Positions 17,140 through 28,854 are shown, numbered from the stretch's first letter. The stretch: 64,000 nucleotides of DNA from Candidatus Multivoradales bacterium (GCA_965248925.1 CBDFLE010000006.1:1696001-1760000), one strand, 5' to 3'. Numbers and translations: made by a program. The notes: a model not told the origin generated them from the sequence alone.

Positions 17140-18882
17140 GTGAACTCACCGAGGAGGTTGCAAGACATGACATTTTGGGCTTTTTTTGGTTCGCGGATCC
17201 GCTGCGGGACGCTGGTCTCCTTCGGTGCCTTCCTTTGTCTGTCAGTCACGGCTTGTGTGCCGCTGGCACAGTATCGCTTGCCGGTTGCGGAGTATCGTCT
17301 GCTCCAAGAGGAGCTGGCGGCGGGAGAAGCTGTGCCCAAGAAGCGAAGGCGAATGCGGCCTGCTCTGGTGACCTGCCCGGCGACGATCGCCGACCACGGT
17401 AAGCTATTCACTCCTCAACAGCGGGGCTGCCTGCCGACGAGCGACTTCAGCAAGGACAGAGCGGCTAACGGCGAGCCGAAACCTTGGCGCTACCACCTGG
17501 CGGTGGTGGAGTTCGACGATCAAGGTGAGTTCTGGAACCGCGACCAGCTGGATCTAGACCTGCAATGCCTGCTCTACCAGCTAACCGGGGAAAAAGATGT
17601 GGAGCGCAACAAGATTTGCCAGAAGCTGGTGATCCCCACCGCGCCCGACAACCTTGGCATCCGGCCAGCCATCGTGATGGTCTACGTCCACGGCTGGAAA
17701 CACAACGCTTCGCCGCGCAACGAGGACCGGGGCGGAAACCTTTCCAGCTTTCACGATGTTCTGGCAAGAACTGCCAGCGCAGAGACTCAACGCGCCAAGA
17801 TCTGCCAAAATAGCAAGGAAAATGGAAGGTGTGAGATTGCGCGGCGAGAGGTCGTCGGAATCTACCTCGGTTGGCGCGGCAAGAGTTTCGTTGGCATTCC
17901 GCTCTTGCAGGAGTTCACAATCTTCAACCGTCGGCAGGCCGCAGAGCGCGTCGGAAGGGTCGCCGCTTCCCACGCAATTCATCGGATCGGCAACTGGACG
18001 AAAGATTTCAACGAGAATTCTCTTTCGGTCTTGGTCGGTCATTCGCTGGGCGCGGTGATCCTCGAGAACATCCTGACTCGCTCCTTGACGGCCGAAAGCG
18101 ACGAGCTTCAGGAACTGCTCCCGGCTGACCTCGCTATTCTGATTAACTCGGCCAACGAGGCCATACTGGCACAGCAGGTGGTCGACACCCTCGGCCCCCC
18201 AGCACCTCGCGCCATCGATGCTTGGAAACAAATGGAGATCCCTCTAATCGTCTCCCTCGCTTCGCCCGGCGACAAGGCCGTGCGCTACTACTTTCCGCTG
18301 AGCCAGAAATTCAAGACCTTATTCAAGCACTTCAGGGATCCGGAGCAGAGATTTCTCTACACCCACACCCCCGGCTTCTCAAAGCTACCTTCTTTGGTCA
18401 GCCACAAGGTGACAGATCATCACGAGGGGCCGCCGTTCGAGCTTCCCGTCTGGAGCACCGCTCCCTTACCAACCGTGCACCTGGCAAAGACTGCCTGCTC
18501 CCCACCCACAGCAGCAGACGTGGAAAGTGCAGCAACGACGTCGAGAAAGAAACTTTTCACGCGCCATGAGAAGTTCTACAAGGATCGACTACAATCTCTC
18601 GAAGAGAGAGTGTCGGACGAGACTACAGAGGATGTCCCTCGATGTATCGAACACATAAACTACACGGACCAGAGCGGCCAAAACTGGATAATCGAACGCA
18701 GCAAGGACACCCTGAACCTATCTCCTTATTGGGTGATGACGGTCGATCATAAAATCGTGCGAAAACACACTGACATCTTCAACGATGAGGTAGTCGCTCT
18801 GATTGGCACCCTGATCAATCTGAAGCGCCTACGGGTCCGCATCGACGACCCAACGACGGTTGCCCAAGGGCTCGACCCTTGA
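17140..18882 (+). CDS. Alpha/beta-hydrolase fold protein, possible lipoprotein
   Basis: VVEFDDQG, YVHGWKHNA and nucleophile elbow GHSLG; hydrophobic N-terminus ending in VTAC. Confidence 0.7.
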   Translation: MNSPRRLQDMTFWAFFGSRIRCGTLVSFGAFLCLSVTACVPLAQYRLPVAEYRLLQEELAAGEAVPKKRRRMRPALVTCPATIADHGKLFTPQQRGCLPTSDFSKDRAANGEPKPWRYHLAVVEFDDQGEFWNRDQLDLDLQCLLYQLTGEKDVERNKICQKLVIPTAPDNLGIRPAIVMVYVHGWKHNASPRNEDRGGNLSSFHDVLARTASAETQRAKICQNSKENGRCEIARREVVGIYLGWRGKSFVGIPLLQEFTIFNRRQAAERVGRVAASHAIHRIGNWTKDFNENSLSVLVGHSLGAVILENILTRSLTAESDELQELLPADLAILINSANEAILAQQVVDTLGPPAPRAIDAWKQMEIPLIVSLASPGDKAVRYYFPLSQKFKTLFKHFRDPEQRFLYTHTPGFSKLPSLVSHKVTDHHEGPPFELPVWSTAPLPTVHLAKTACSPPTAADVESAATTSRKKLFTRHEKFYKDRLQSLEERVSDETTEDVPRCIEHINYTDQSGQNWIIERSKDTLNLSPYWVMTVDHKIVRKHTDIFNDEVVALIGTLINLKRLRVRIDDPTTVAQGLDP

Positions 18883-19003
18883 CCCAAGGAGGTGCCAGAG
18901 TGCGCTAAACTGGCGGCACTCGCCAGTCACGCTAGAAATCTCCCCAACCGTGGACGCGGTCTACCAAAGTCGATAGGCTATTGACTCGCTGGGGAGGAAA
19001 ATC

Positions 19004-20478
19004 ATGCGAAACTATCGAGCCACTGGGAAAAGCAATCCTCTAGCTTTGTTCTTCAGCTTCGCCCTGGCACTGCTGACCGGGCAGTCTGGCGCCGAAGATC
19101 CGCCAACGGCCACCCCCGAACTTCCTGCCGCACCAGCTCAGAATATCCACCTGTACCAGCAAGAGTTCGCCGGCTCTTACCCAAGCAAGCACCGCCCTCG
19201 ACCGCCACCAAGTCCTGGTCTATCGTCGCCGCTCCCAGCGAGGTGAAGGTCTTCAACGGTCATGATCTGGCGGTGTGGGCCTACAACGGACAGGTTCCCG
19301 GCCCGACCTTGCGCCTTCGCCTGGGGGAGACGGTCCGGGTCGAGTTCACCAACAAGCTACCGCAGTCTTCGACGATTCACTGGCATGGGGTGCGGGTGCC
19401 CAACGCCATGGATGGGGTTCCCGATGTCACCCAACCGCCGGTGCCTGCCGGCGGCAGCTTTGTCTATGAGTTCACGCCCAAGGACGCCGGCACTTTTTGG
19501 TTTCATCCCCATGTGCGCAGCGCCGAGCAGGTCGAGCGCGGTCTCTACGGAGTGTTGATTGTCGAAGACGCCAAGCCCGCTGCCTACACTCAGGATGTGC
19601 TGTGGGTGCTCGACGACTGGCTGATCACCCGCGACGGTGTGATCGACCCGAATTTCGTCACCCGCCGCGACCTGGCCCACGACGGGCGCTGGGGCAACGT
19701 GGCGACGGTGAATGCACGCACCGACCAGGTCTTGACTGTCAAGGCCGGCGAGAGAATCCGCCTGCGGCTGGTCAACGCTGCCAATGGCAGGGTCTTCAAG
19801 CCGGACTTCTCCCAACTCGATGCCCAGGTCATCGCCGTCGACGGTATGTACGTCGCGGCTCCCTTCGATCCCCAGGAATTCGAACTGGCTCCCGGCAATC
19901 GGCTCGACCTCGACATCCGTTTCACCACAGAGCAGGCTGGAGAGGAATTGGCGATCATCGATCGCTTCACCCGTTCAGCCTTTCGCATCGCGCGCATTCG
20001 GATTCTGCAAGAGCTGGTCGAAACGCCGTCGTTTCCATCCCCGGCCCAGGCATCTATTCCCGCTTGGCAGGGCGCTGAGCTGGCGGAACCTGATTTGCAA
20101 TACCTGCTCAACGCCGAAAGAGGCGGCGAATACGGCCTCCAATGGACGATGAATGGAGAAGCCTACCCCGAAGTCTCACCCGGTCTGCTGAGCACCGATC
20201 GCTGGGCCAAGATCCGTTTCATCAACGCCTCGGCTCGCTTGCACCCGATGCACATCCACGGCCTGTTCTTCAAATTGCTGAGCCGCAACGGCCAAGCGGT
20301 GAACGAGCCCTTCTGGCGCGACACGGTCTTGGTCCACTCCCGCGAGACCATCGAAATCGGCACCGTGCCGATGGACGAGGGCCGCTGGCTGATGCACTGC
20401 CACATCCTCGAACACGCCGCCGCTGGGATGAAGACCCTCCTCGATGTGAAGCCGGCGGTCGCCGATATCCCTCGCTGA
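19004..20478 (+). pseudogene. Multicopper oxidase with frameshift after the signal peptide region (or a sequence error)
   Basis: HWHG, FWFHPH, HPMHIHG and HCHILEH..M in 19243-20478. The signal-peptide ORF 19004-19246 is in another frame; shift near 19185. Confidence 0.8.
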
Positions 20479-20573
20479 TTTCGGACGAAGTCCCACTCGA
20501 TTTGTTGCTGATGGACAGACTGGTAGACTGGATGAGGTTCTAGTCGCGGCTGCCAAGGAAACGGAGGAATGCG

Positions 20574-20825
20574 ATGACCCATGTCAATATTCAGTTTGCC
20601 ACCGACATCTTCGCGGCGCTGCGCAAGTCTCCGGACGAGGTGGCCACCGAGATGCGTCTTGCGGCGGCGCTCCTGTGGTACTCCCGGGGATTGGCCTCCC
20701 AGGGCAAAGCAGCGGAGATCGCTGGATTGAGCAGGTCCGCTTTTATCGATGCGCTGGCAGACAGCGAGATTTCGGCCAACCAAGAAACTGCCGAAGATCT
20801 CGACGAGGCCCTGGCGCGTGCCTAG
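20574..20825 (+). CDS. UPF0175-family antitoxin-like protein
   Basis: 83 aa with SQGKAAEIAGLSRSAFIDAL; overlaps the PIN gene. Confidence 0.82.
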   Translation: MTHVNIQFATDIFAALRKSPDEVATEMRLAAALLWYSRGLASQGKAAEIAGLSRSAFIDALADSEISANQETAEDLDEALARA

Positions 20826-21315
20826 GACGTTTGTCGTCAACGCTTCCCCGCTGATCCTCCTCGCTCGCATTCAACGCCTCGACCTACTCGCTGCTGTCGC
20901 AAGAACTGTGCTTGTACCGGGAGCGGTAATGCGCGAGGTCGAGGCTGGGAATGAGCGCGACGGTGCCGGTACCGCCGTCTGCGGGTTCGGCACCCTCCAG
21001 GTCGTCCCTGACATCGAGCTTCCGGAAGCGATCCAAGTCTGAAACCTCGGTGCCGGCGAGTCTCAGGTGATCGCACGGATACTGAAAATCGAGAAAGGCG
21101 AGGCAATTCTCGATGATCGAGCAGCACGGCACTGCGCCCGCGGTCTTGGAATCTCGGTGCTGGGTACGCTTGGGCTGACCATCACCTGCCGCCGCCTCGG
21201 GCTGATCCCTGCTGCCCGTCCACTTCTCGAGACCTTGAGAAGCGCCGGAATGCGCCTCAAGCCCTCGCTGATGGAAGTTGCTCTGGAAAAAGTTGGAGAG
21301 TCCAGGCGAGACTGA
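20818..21315 (+). pseudogene. DUF3368/PIN-domain toxin with nonsense mutation
   Basis: VVNASPLILL...V*NLGAGESQVI...ILDDRAARHCARGLGISVLGTLG; in-frame TGA at 21040-21042. Confidence 0.8.
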
Positions 21316-21369
21316 TGATGGCCAAACCCGCCGGGTGCCGCCCGAGCTTCCGGCGGCACCCGTCTGACT

Positions 21370-24282
21370 TCAACCGCCGCCGCCCACCGGCGCCGGTACG
21401 AAGCGCTGGAAGGTGCGGCCACCCTGTAGCACCGACTGCGGCGTCAGGTGCAGCGGGTGGTAGCTGTCGCTCAACCACAAGGGCAGCTGGTCGGCATAGT
21501 AGGGACTGCCGAGGACTCCGCTGACCCCACCCGGGGTAACCTGGCGGGCATCTGGACCGGCGGGGGTCATCTCTCCTACAAAACGCCGCGCCGGGCCGGC
21601 GCCAAACATGAACTCGTTGACCCCATCGGCACGGGAACTGTGCGATGAAGCGTCAAGAGCACCGAACCCACCAGCCTTGGCGTAGCCCTGGAGAGCGTCC
21701 GACAGGTTGTCCGGCCCACCGGCCGCCGGTAAGTCGAAGGGACCGCCGAGGGGATGGTCGAAGACGATCCGGTGGAGGTAGCCCCAGCGGTAGTCGTCTT
21801 GCACGGTGGAGTTGGCGTAGGCGTCGGCGAAGGTGTCGCTGGCCAGCAGGTCGAGGGCGTCGCGCAAGGCGCCGAGTAGCGCCAGGTCGCGATTGACCTC
21901 TGGCGGTTGCGGCGGCCCTGGCCCTAGTCGCGGCACGAAGAAGTCGACGCCCGAGGCGCCGACTCCCTGGTTTTCGTCGAAAGTATCGAGCAGGTTGCGC
22001 AGGGCGGTCATCGCCAGCGCACTACCGGGGGCAAACTCATCGAGACCCAGGTTCTCCAGTGGCGGGTCGATCACCTGCTGCACGACTTGGCCGCGCCACA
22101 CCGAGTAGATGGTGGCAGCGACGCTGGCGTCGATCTCGGCCTGGCTCGGCGGCGCCAGGGCGGTCGGATCGTCGCCCGGATCCCAGCCTTCGGTGATCCC
22201 GGTCGGAGTGCTGTAGTCCCAACCACGGAGACGAGCGATCGCCTCAACGATCTTCGGGTCGGCGCCCAGAGCGGCCAATCCTCCCGGTGCGCCCATCACC
22301 CCCGCGTTGGCGGCAGAGGCTAGCAAGAAGGGCACCAGAGCCTCCGCATCGAGCAACTGGTTGTTGCCCTGGAACGCGGCGATTTCATCGACCGACAGAT
22401 CCACCCCCTGGCCGATGCTGCCGTCGATCAGGCGCTGCAAGCGACCCATGCGGAAACCGCTGGCGTAGCCCGGACTGAGGTAATACAAGCCACCACCGGG
22501 ACGTACCTGGTTGAGAGCGTTGTTGTCAAGCGAGGTGCCCAGCGGATCGTTGTTGGCATTCAAGATGTAGTCAGACGAGGGATTGCGCACTTGCGGCATC
22601 TCGGCGTAGGGCAGAATCTCGAAAGGGAGGCTTTGCTGCGGTTGCGGATTAACCACCGGCAACCACTCGTGGGCCAGAGAGTGGGTGCCGTCGCGGATGA
22701 AGTAAGGCGGGATCCCTCCGTCCGGAAAATTCAGGTTCTGCAAATCTTCGCGGATCGGCATCTCGGCGCTGGTGAAGTAGGCGATGTTGCCGTCGATGTC
22801 GGCATAGCCGAAATTCTGCGAACCGACATCGAAATACTGCACCGCGGCGGCGAATTCATCGATGTTGCGGGCCATGCCGAAACCACGGAAAGCATCCAAC
22901 TCGGTGGTCGGCCCCCAGCCGGTGTACTGCACGCTGAGGGCGGTCGGCGCCAGCGGATCGCTGAAATCGACCTGCACGATCGGTCCGTTGTTGCGCCGCG
23001 GCACGACCAAGGTAAGCCCACCGTCCAACGGGCCAAGGCCGGCGTCGACCAGATTGTCGTTGACCGCGTCGCCAACCAGGTTGACGAAGAAGGTCTGCGG
23101 GATCAGCACCAGCGGCTCGGTGTTGCCGTCGAAGATGGTGCCGATCGGCAAGCCGGTGTTGGGATCGACCACCAGCTGCTCTTGATAGACGTCGGTGACA
23201 TCCATCGGGTGCACCGTGGCGCCCCAACAGATCCACGGGTTGCAGCCCAGGACGATCCCTGGAACGCCGGCAAAACCGATGCCGCTGACGTTGATCGGCA
23301 AGCCGTCCTCGGTACGCATCCGCACATGTGATTCGTAGAATGTCGACGGCGTGTCCAGGGCTAAATGAGGATCGTTGGCCAGCACCGGGTAGCCGGATTC
23401 GGTGCGACTGCCACCGAGAATCCACCAATTGCTTCCCTTGGGTGAATCACGCCAATCCAAAGCCTCCTTGAGCAGCGGTATGCTCTCCGCCTTGGCCTTG
23501 AAGCCACGGATCAACCTCAGGGTGCTCTCGCCCAGGTAGTTGGCTACCTTCAGCGGCGGGCTCGGCATCATCGCTGGGGCCGCGGGGCCCGGAGCATCGG
23601 GAATGGAGATCGCGGGATCGAACGGCGCGGTGCGGTAGAGATCTTCTGAGAACAGCGCCGCGCCGTCGAAACCGGCCGCCGCCCCCACCCCTTGGAAGGT
23701 CAGCAGAGCTTGGGTGAAATCGATGTCGTCAAGATCGAACGACAGGCCGAAGGCCAGTCCTTTGACTACCGCCAAGGAGTCAATCGGGCTCCAGGCCGGC
23801 ACCTCGGTGATCTCCAAAGCGGCATACTCCGGCGGCAAAGCAGGAGTCGAGGCGAGCCAGGCATTGACCCCGGCGGCGTAGGCATCCAACCAGGCCCGGC
23901 TGGCATCCGTCAACGCCGGCAAGGAGGCCTCGGCGGCACGGCGCAATCCCAAATTACGCAGTTGGACATCCTGAGCCAACACCGCGTCGCCGAGAAGCTC
24001 AGCCAGGGTGCCACTGAAGGTGCGCCGCAGAGTGTCCATCTGGAAAAAGCGATCCTGCGCGTGGACGAAGCCCACCATGAACTGGCCGTCGGCCTCGGAC
24101 AAGGCAAAAATATGCGGAATGTCGTTGCCATCACGACGCACCCGAGCGGGCCTTTCCAGCCCTGCCACGACGGCCTCGGGCAGCCGTAGCTCGACGTGAG
24201 TTTCCGCATTCGCCAGCGGCGGTGTGATCACCATTGCCGCTGCCATCAGGACGACCATCAGCAACACTCTGCATCGCATCAT
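21370..24282 (-). CDS. Penicillin acylase/AHL acylase family Ntn-hydrolase, secreted
   Basis: Signal peptide, HAQDRFFQMD, GSNWW (beta-chain Ser), ANDPHL, NANN. Confidence 0.92.
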   Translation of the reverse strand: MMRCRVLLMVVLMAAAMVITPPLANAETHVELRLPEAVVAGLERPARVRRDGNDIPHIFALSEADGQFMVGFVHAQDRFFQMDTLRRTFSGTLAELLGDAVLAQDVQLRNLGLRRAAEASLPALTDASRAWLDAYAAGVNAWLASTPALPPEYAALEITEVPAWSPIDSLAVVKGLAFGLSFDLDDIDFTQALLTFQGVGAAAGFDGAALFSEDLYRTAPFDPAISIPDAPGPAAPAMMPSPPLKVANYLGESTLRLIRGFKAKAESIPLLKEALDWRDSPKGSNWWILGGSRTESGYPVLANDPHLALDTPSTFYESHVRMRTEDGLPINVSGIGFAGVPGIVLGCNPWICWGATVHPMDVTDVYQEQLVVDPNTGLPIGTIFDGNTEPLVLIPQTFFVNLVGDAVNDNLVDAGLGPLDGGLTLVVPRRNNGPIVQVDFSDPLAPTALSVQYTGWGPTTELDAFRGFGMARNIDEFAAAVQYFDVGSQNFGYADIDGNIAYFTSAEMPIREDLQNLNFPDGGIPPYFIRDGTHSLAHEWLPVVNPQPQQSLPFEILPYAEMPQVRNPSSDYILNANNDPLGTSLDNNALNQVRPGGGLYYLSPGYASGFRMGRLQRLIDGSIGQGVDLSVDEIAAFQGNNQLLDAEALVPFLLASAANAGVMGAPGGLAALGADPKIVEAIARLRGWDYSTPTGITEGWDPGDDPTALAPPSQAEIDASVAATIYSVWRGQVVQQVIDPPLENLGLDEFAPGSALAMTALRNLLDTFDENQGVGASGVDFFVPRLGPGPPQPPEVNRDLALLGALRDALDLLASDTFADAYANSTVQDDYRWGYLHRIVFDHPLGGPFDLPAAGGPDNLSDALQGYAKAGGFGALDASSHSSRADGVNEFMFGAGPARRFVGEMTPAGPDARQVTPGGVSGVLGSPYYADQLPLWLSDSYHPLHLTPQSVLQGGRTFQRFVPAPVGGGG

Positions 24283-24449
24283 TAGGCTCCTTGCTCAATA
24301 GGCTGGTTGTCGACGGGCGAACTCTCCCCATGCTTACCCGCAAAAGTCCGCGCTCGCCTGACTGTTGTTGCAAACTGCCAAATCATAGCATCCGCCAACC
24401 GCGCTCTTGCGGCGCTATACTGCCGGCCCATCGCCCCGAGGTCGCCAAC

Positions 24450-25253
24450 ATGCCCAGCGTGGAAGAGAATCGCCAGTACTGGAATCAGGATTACGATTGG
24501 TCGCAAGGCGGCGAAGAGTGGTCGTGGCGCTGGGGCGAAAGCACGGTGCAGTGGCATGGAGTGCTGATGCCTCGCTTGGCCGCTTTTCTGCCCGCCGCCA
24601 GAGTGCTCGAGATCGGCCCCGGCTTTGGCCGCTGGACGGCCTTTCTCAAACAGCAATGCCAGCACCTCGCCCTGGTCGATCTGTCGCAGAAGTGCATCGA
24701 TGCTTGCGCTCTGCGCTTCGCTAGCGACCCTCATCTGCAATACCACGTCAACGACGGCCGCAGCCTGAGCATGCTGGCGGACGGTTCGATCGACCTGGCC
24801 TTCAGTTTTGATTCTCTGGTCCACGCCGAGGCCGACGCCATCGGCGGCTATCTGGTGGATCTCGGCCGGGTGCTAGCTGCGGACGGAGTGGGCTTATTTC
24901 ACCATTCCAACCTCGGCCAGTACCGGCGCTATTTCGCCCTGCTCGACCGGCTACCGGTCGACAAAATGAAGCTCTACCAAACTGGCCTGGTGGATCTGGA
25001 TCATTGGCGCGCCCGCAGCCTGACCGCCGATCGCTTTGCCGAGTTGTGCCGCGCGGCTGGCCTGGTCTGCATCCGCCAAGAGCTGATCAATTGGGGCAAG
25101 AATCGCCGGCTGATCGACTGCATATCGCTGTTCACTCTTCCCGGTTCACGGTTTGATCAGCCACTACGGCGGATCCGCAACCGAGCCTTCATGCGGACGG
25201 CGGACCGGCTGGCGCTGAGCGCCGAGCACTATCGCCCGGCGACCAGCGGCTGA
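24450..25253 (+). CDS. Class I SAM-dependent methyltransferase
   Basis: VLEIGPGFGRW, IDLAFSFDSLVH. Confidence 0.85.
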   Translation: MPSVEENRQYWNQDYDWSQGGEEWSWRWGESTVQWHGVLMPRLAAFLPAARVLEIGPGFGRWTAFLKQQCQHLALVDLSQKCIDACALRFASDPHLQYHVNDGRSLSMLADGSIDLAFSFDSLVHAEADAIGGYLVDLGRVLAADGVGLFHHSNLGQYRRYFALLDRLPVDKMKLYQTGLVDLDHWRARSLTADRFAELCRAAGLVCIRQELINWGKNRRLIDCISLFTLPGSRFDQPLRRIRNRAFMRTADRLALSAEHYRPATSG

Positions 25254-25266
25254 GCCGACAGCAGGC

Positions 25267-28200
25267 TCAACGAGTCATGTCAGGGGGGGTCGGCGGCGGC
25301 GGATCGCCGTAAGAACCCTGTTCGAGCTGTTCTAACAACACCTCGACCGCTTTCTCCAAGCTGGGATCACCGCCCTCGATCAGCCGCTCGGGCAAATCGA
25401 TCACCTCGATATCCGGGCTCACCCCCTCGTTCTCGACCACCCATTTGCCTTCGCGATCATAAAAGCGAAAAGTCGGCGGGAGCACCGTCCCGCCATCGGC
25501 CAGCGAGGGCGCTCCCGAAATACCGATCAAGCCACCCCAGGTGCGGGTGCCGATCAAGGTCCCCAGGCCCGCCTGGCGGAAGTAGTAGGGCAAGGCATCG
25601 CCACCGGAGGAGGAATAACCATTGATCAACATCGCTTTCGGCCCATCGTGAGCAAAGTTGGGAGTGCGCATAGCTTTGACGTCGCGCCGTGCCCACAGGG
25701 ACATGGTGCGCCGCGTGAGGTACTCGATCATCCGATCGGGAATGAAACCGCCACCGTTGTAGCGATCGTCGATGATCAGGGCTTCTTTCCGCGCCTGGGC
25801 GTAGAACAGCTTCTGCAGCATGCGATTGCCGTCGAAGGCGGTATTGGGTAGGTGGATGTAACCGATGCGGCCACCAGAGAGGCGGTCGGTCATCGCCATC
25901 CGCTCCTGGACCCAATTCAGATAGCGCAAGTCACCTTCAAAACTGATCGGTTCGACGTCGACCTGCCGTGCATCGGCGGTCGTCGGGGCGGCCGACAGCG
26001 ACAGACGGATCAGCTGATCGGCCTTGCCCTCCAACAAGCGGTAGGGATTGTCGGCGGTGGTCAGGGGCTGGCCATCGATGGCCAACAAGTAGTCGCCGAC
26101 CTTGGCATCCACCCCCGGCTCGGTGAGCGGTGAACGGTAGCGGCTGTCCCAGTTTTCACCGGCGTAGATGTGGGAGATGCGGTAAAAGCCGCTGTCGTCG
26201 GCTTCCAACTCGCAGCCCAGCATGGCCCCTGGGACGCGATCCACCGAGGGTTCGTCGCCGCTCTGGACGTAGGAGTGACCAGATTCGAGTTCACCGATCA
26301 ACTCGCCAAAAATGAAGTCGAGTTCACCGCGATGCGACACATGGGGCAGCAGCTCGGCGTAGTGCTCGCCCATCGCCGGCCAATCGAGGCCATGCATTTT
26401 GGCGTCGTAGAACAGGTCCCGCACCACCCGCCAGCCATCGCGGTAGAGCTGCCGCCACTCGCGAACCGGATCAAGCTTGACCGTTAGCGGCGATAGATCG
26501 AGCTGCCCATCACCTGATTTGGCGCCTGCTTTGGCGGCCACCAGGAAGATCTTGCCGCCACTTTGGTAGGCCAGCTTTTTGCCATCAGCCGACACGTCGT
26601 AAGAGCTGATCCCTTGCACAACGCTCGCCGCCTTCTTTTCTTTCAAGTCATAGCGCATCAAGTTGGGCGGTCCCGAACCAGCGAGAGCGACGAAGTAAAG
26701 GGCGCCCTCGCGGGCCAACAAACCGCCGTAGCCACCGGCTTCAATTCCAGGCAGGGCGATGGTGCGGGCAACGAAACCCTCGGGCTCGATACGCAAAGCC
26801 TCCGCGGCCATTTCCACTGAGTCTTTGTCTTTCTTGCCCTTGCCTTTCTTCTCTTTGTCAGCCGGTTCCCCCCCTTCCTCTTCTTGCTCTTCCGCCGGTT
26901 CCTCTTCGTCGCTCTCACGGGGAAAGAGGGGCGGCGCCTGGGGATCGAGAGCGGCGGCGTAGACTCGCGTGGCGCGGTCGTAGATGAAGTTGAATTCGAA
27001 GGCGCTGAAGCTCAGGTTGTAGTCTCGACTACTGAGAAAGAACAGGTGTTTGCCATCGGCGCTCCACACCGGCTCACGGTCGGTGGTCATGCCGTCGCCT
27101 AACTGCATGCTCTCGCCACTGTCGAGCGAGTAGACGGCCAAGCCGCCGAGCAAGGACTTGGGGTGCTCTTGCTCGTAGGCCAACCAGTGGCTGTCCGGCG
27201 ACCATTCGTAGCTGCCGATGTTGCCCACCCGGCCGCGGGCGACGTTTGCGACCTGCCCTTCTTCGACCGCGACCGTGCGCAGCCAGCGCTCACTGTCACT
27301 AAAGGCGAGGTGTTTTGAGTCCGGGCTCCACAGTAGGCCATCGGGCCACCCCTCCAGGCCGTCGGTCAGTTGCCGTGGCTCGCCACTGCCGTCCTGCGCC
27401 AGCAGGTAGATCTCGTACTCGCCGCTGGCGTCTGAGAAGTAGGCCAGCAGGAGGCCGTCGGGCGACCAGGCAATGTTGCGCTCACGATGATCGGGGCTGT
27501 GGGTCAAACGGCGAGTGGGGCCGTTCTCGGCCGGTACCGAGAACAGCTCGCCGCGAGCACTCACCGCCACCCGAGCACCGGATGGCGAAACGCTGAAGTC
27601 CTCGAGGTTCGCGCTCAAGTCGACAAAGCGCGGCGCGGTATGCGGCAAAGCGGCCTGCAAGTGAATTTCGAGCTGCCGGCTGTCACCGCTGGCGAAATCC
27701 AAACGGTGCAAGTAGCCACCGTTCATGAAGACGATGCTCTCCGGTCCCTGGCTCGGCCAAAGCACGTCCCAAGCCTCGAAATGGGTCTCTTGCTCAAGCG
27801 CCCGGCTGCCGAGATCGAAGGAGTAGAGATTGAGCTTATCGGCCCGATCCGAGGTGAAATAGATCTTCCCGCCGGCCCACATCGGGAAGTTGTCGGTACC
27901 CCGGTCTGAGGTCAAGCGGGTCGAGGAATTAGCCTCGAAGTCGTAGATCCAAACATCTTGAGCACGCCCTCCGCGGGTGCGTTTCCAAGTGCGGAACTCG
28001 CGACTGATCGGGGTGTAGGCGAGGCGCTTGCCGTCGGCCGAGAAGGATGCCGAGCCACCTTCCAAAAGCGGCAGCGGGGTCTCCAGGCCGCCCGCGGGAT
28101 CGACCAGGAAGTAGCGCCCCACCCGACGACCGAAGGGTGTGCGGTTCATGCGCACCAAGATCTTGCCTTCGGGGGTCCAGCCTTGAATCCAATTGTCCCA

Positions 28201-28581
28201 ACCACCCCGTGGCGGCATCTGCCCAACATCGGTGTAGAAGGTCAGCTGGTGGGCCGCACCGCCAGCCGCCGGCATCACCCACACCTGCCGCGATCCACTG
28301 TGCTCGGCGGTGAAGGCAATCCACTGACCATCGTCAGAGATCTTTGGGAACAGCTCTTGGCCGACGTAGGAGGTCAACTGACGAGCCACCCCGCCAGCCA
28401 CCGGGGCGCGCCACAAATCACCGCTGTAGACGAACACCACGAAATCCCGGTGGATGTCCGGAAAACGCAGTAGACGAGCCTCGGTAGAGACCTCCTCCGT
28501 AGCTGCGGCTGGGGCAAGCGCCGCCGGCCAGGCGAGCAGGACGATGACGAGCAGGGCCCGGAGCTGGTTTCTTCTCAACAT
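25267..28581 (-). CDS. Tricorn protease homolog (peptidase S41)
   Basis: Signal peptide, LLRFPDI, PD40 propellers, PDZ domain, IDDRYNGGG, SSGGD, GTRTWGG. Confidence 0.95.
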   Translation of the reverse strand: MLRRNQLRALLVIVLLAWPAALAPAAATEEVSTEARLLRFPDIHRDFVVFVYSGDLWRAPVAGGVARQLTSYVGQELFPKISDDGQWIAFTAEHSGSRQVWVMPAAGGAAHQLTFYTDVGQMPPRGGWDNWIQGWTPEGKILVRMNRTPFGRRVGRYFLVDPAGGLETPLPLLEGGSASFSADGKRLAYTPISREFRTWKRTRGGRAQDVWIYDFEANSSTRLTSDRGTDNFPMWAGGKIYFTSDRADKLNLYSFDLGSRALEQETHFEAWDVLWPSQGPESIVFMNGGYLHRLDFASGDSRQLEIHLQAALPHTAPRFVDLSANLEDFSVSPSGARVAVSARGELFSVPAENGPTRRLTHSPDHRERNIAWSPDGLLLAYFSDASGEYEIYLLAQDGSGEPRQLTDGLEGWPDGLLWSPDSKHLAFSDSERWLRTVAVEEGQVANVARGRVGNIGSYEWSPDSHWLAYEQEHPKSLLGGLAVYSLDSGESMQLGDGMTTDREPVWSADGKHLFFLSSRDYNLSFSAFEFNFIYDRATRVYAAALDPQAPPLFPRESDEEEPAEEQEEEGGEPADKEKKGKGKKDKDSVEMAAEALRIEPEGFVARTIALPGIEAGGYGGLLAREGALYFVALAGSGPPNLMRYDLKEKKAASVVQGISSYDVSADGKKLAYQSGGKIFLVAAKAGAKSGDGQLDLSPLTVKLDPVREWRQLYRDGWRVVRDLFYDAKMHGLDWPAMGEHYAELLPHVSHRGELDFIFGELIGELESGHSYVQSGDEPSVDRVPGAMLGCELEADDSGFYRISHIYAGENWDSRYRSPLTEPGVDAKVGDYLLAIDGQPLTTADNPYRLLEGKADQLIRLSLSAAPTTADARQVDVEPISFEGDLRYLNWVQERMAMTDRLSGGRIGYIHLPNTAFDGNRMLQKLFYAQARKEALIIDDRYNGGGFIPDRMIEYLTRRTMSLWARRDVKAMRTPNFAHDGPKAMLINGYSSSGGDALPYYFRQAGLGTLIGTRTWGGLIGISGAPSLADGGTVLPPTFRFYDREGKWVVENEGVSPDIEVIDLPERLIEGGDPSLEKAVEVLLEQLEQGSYGDPPPPTPPDMTR

Positions 28582-28854
28582 GAAATCCCCTTGACGCTTC
28601 GCACAGGCCGCCCAAAAGGGCCTCTAGATGTTCGATGATTTGTCACAGTGCGGACACCTCAGAAACGCACAGCGCCGGCCAAGGTTGCACTGAGGTGGTC
28701 GCTAACAGTCGAAAAATCTCACACCGGCGAGGCGAAAACAACCGGCAGCGGCATCAAAGGCGCGACCAGCAGCGATCTAGGTCTGAATCGATGGCTGCAA
28801 CCCCTGCGCTTACATACACTTGCGGCCCCGCCGAGAGACGAGGCCGCAGATACA

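Noticed and set aside
21040-21042. TGA at a probable Trp position here and at 55854, suggesting TGA recoding
   Set aside because: Many intact genes end in TGA with ATGA/GTGA overlaps, and the intact HUH copy has TGG at the same site, so these are nonsense mutations.
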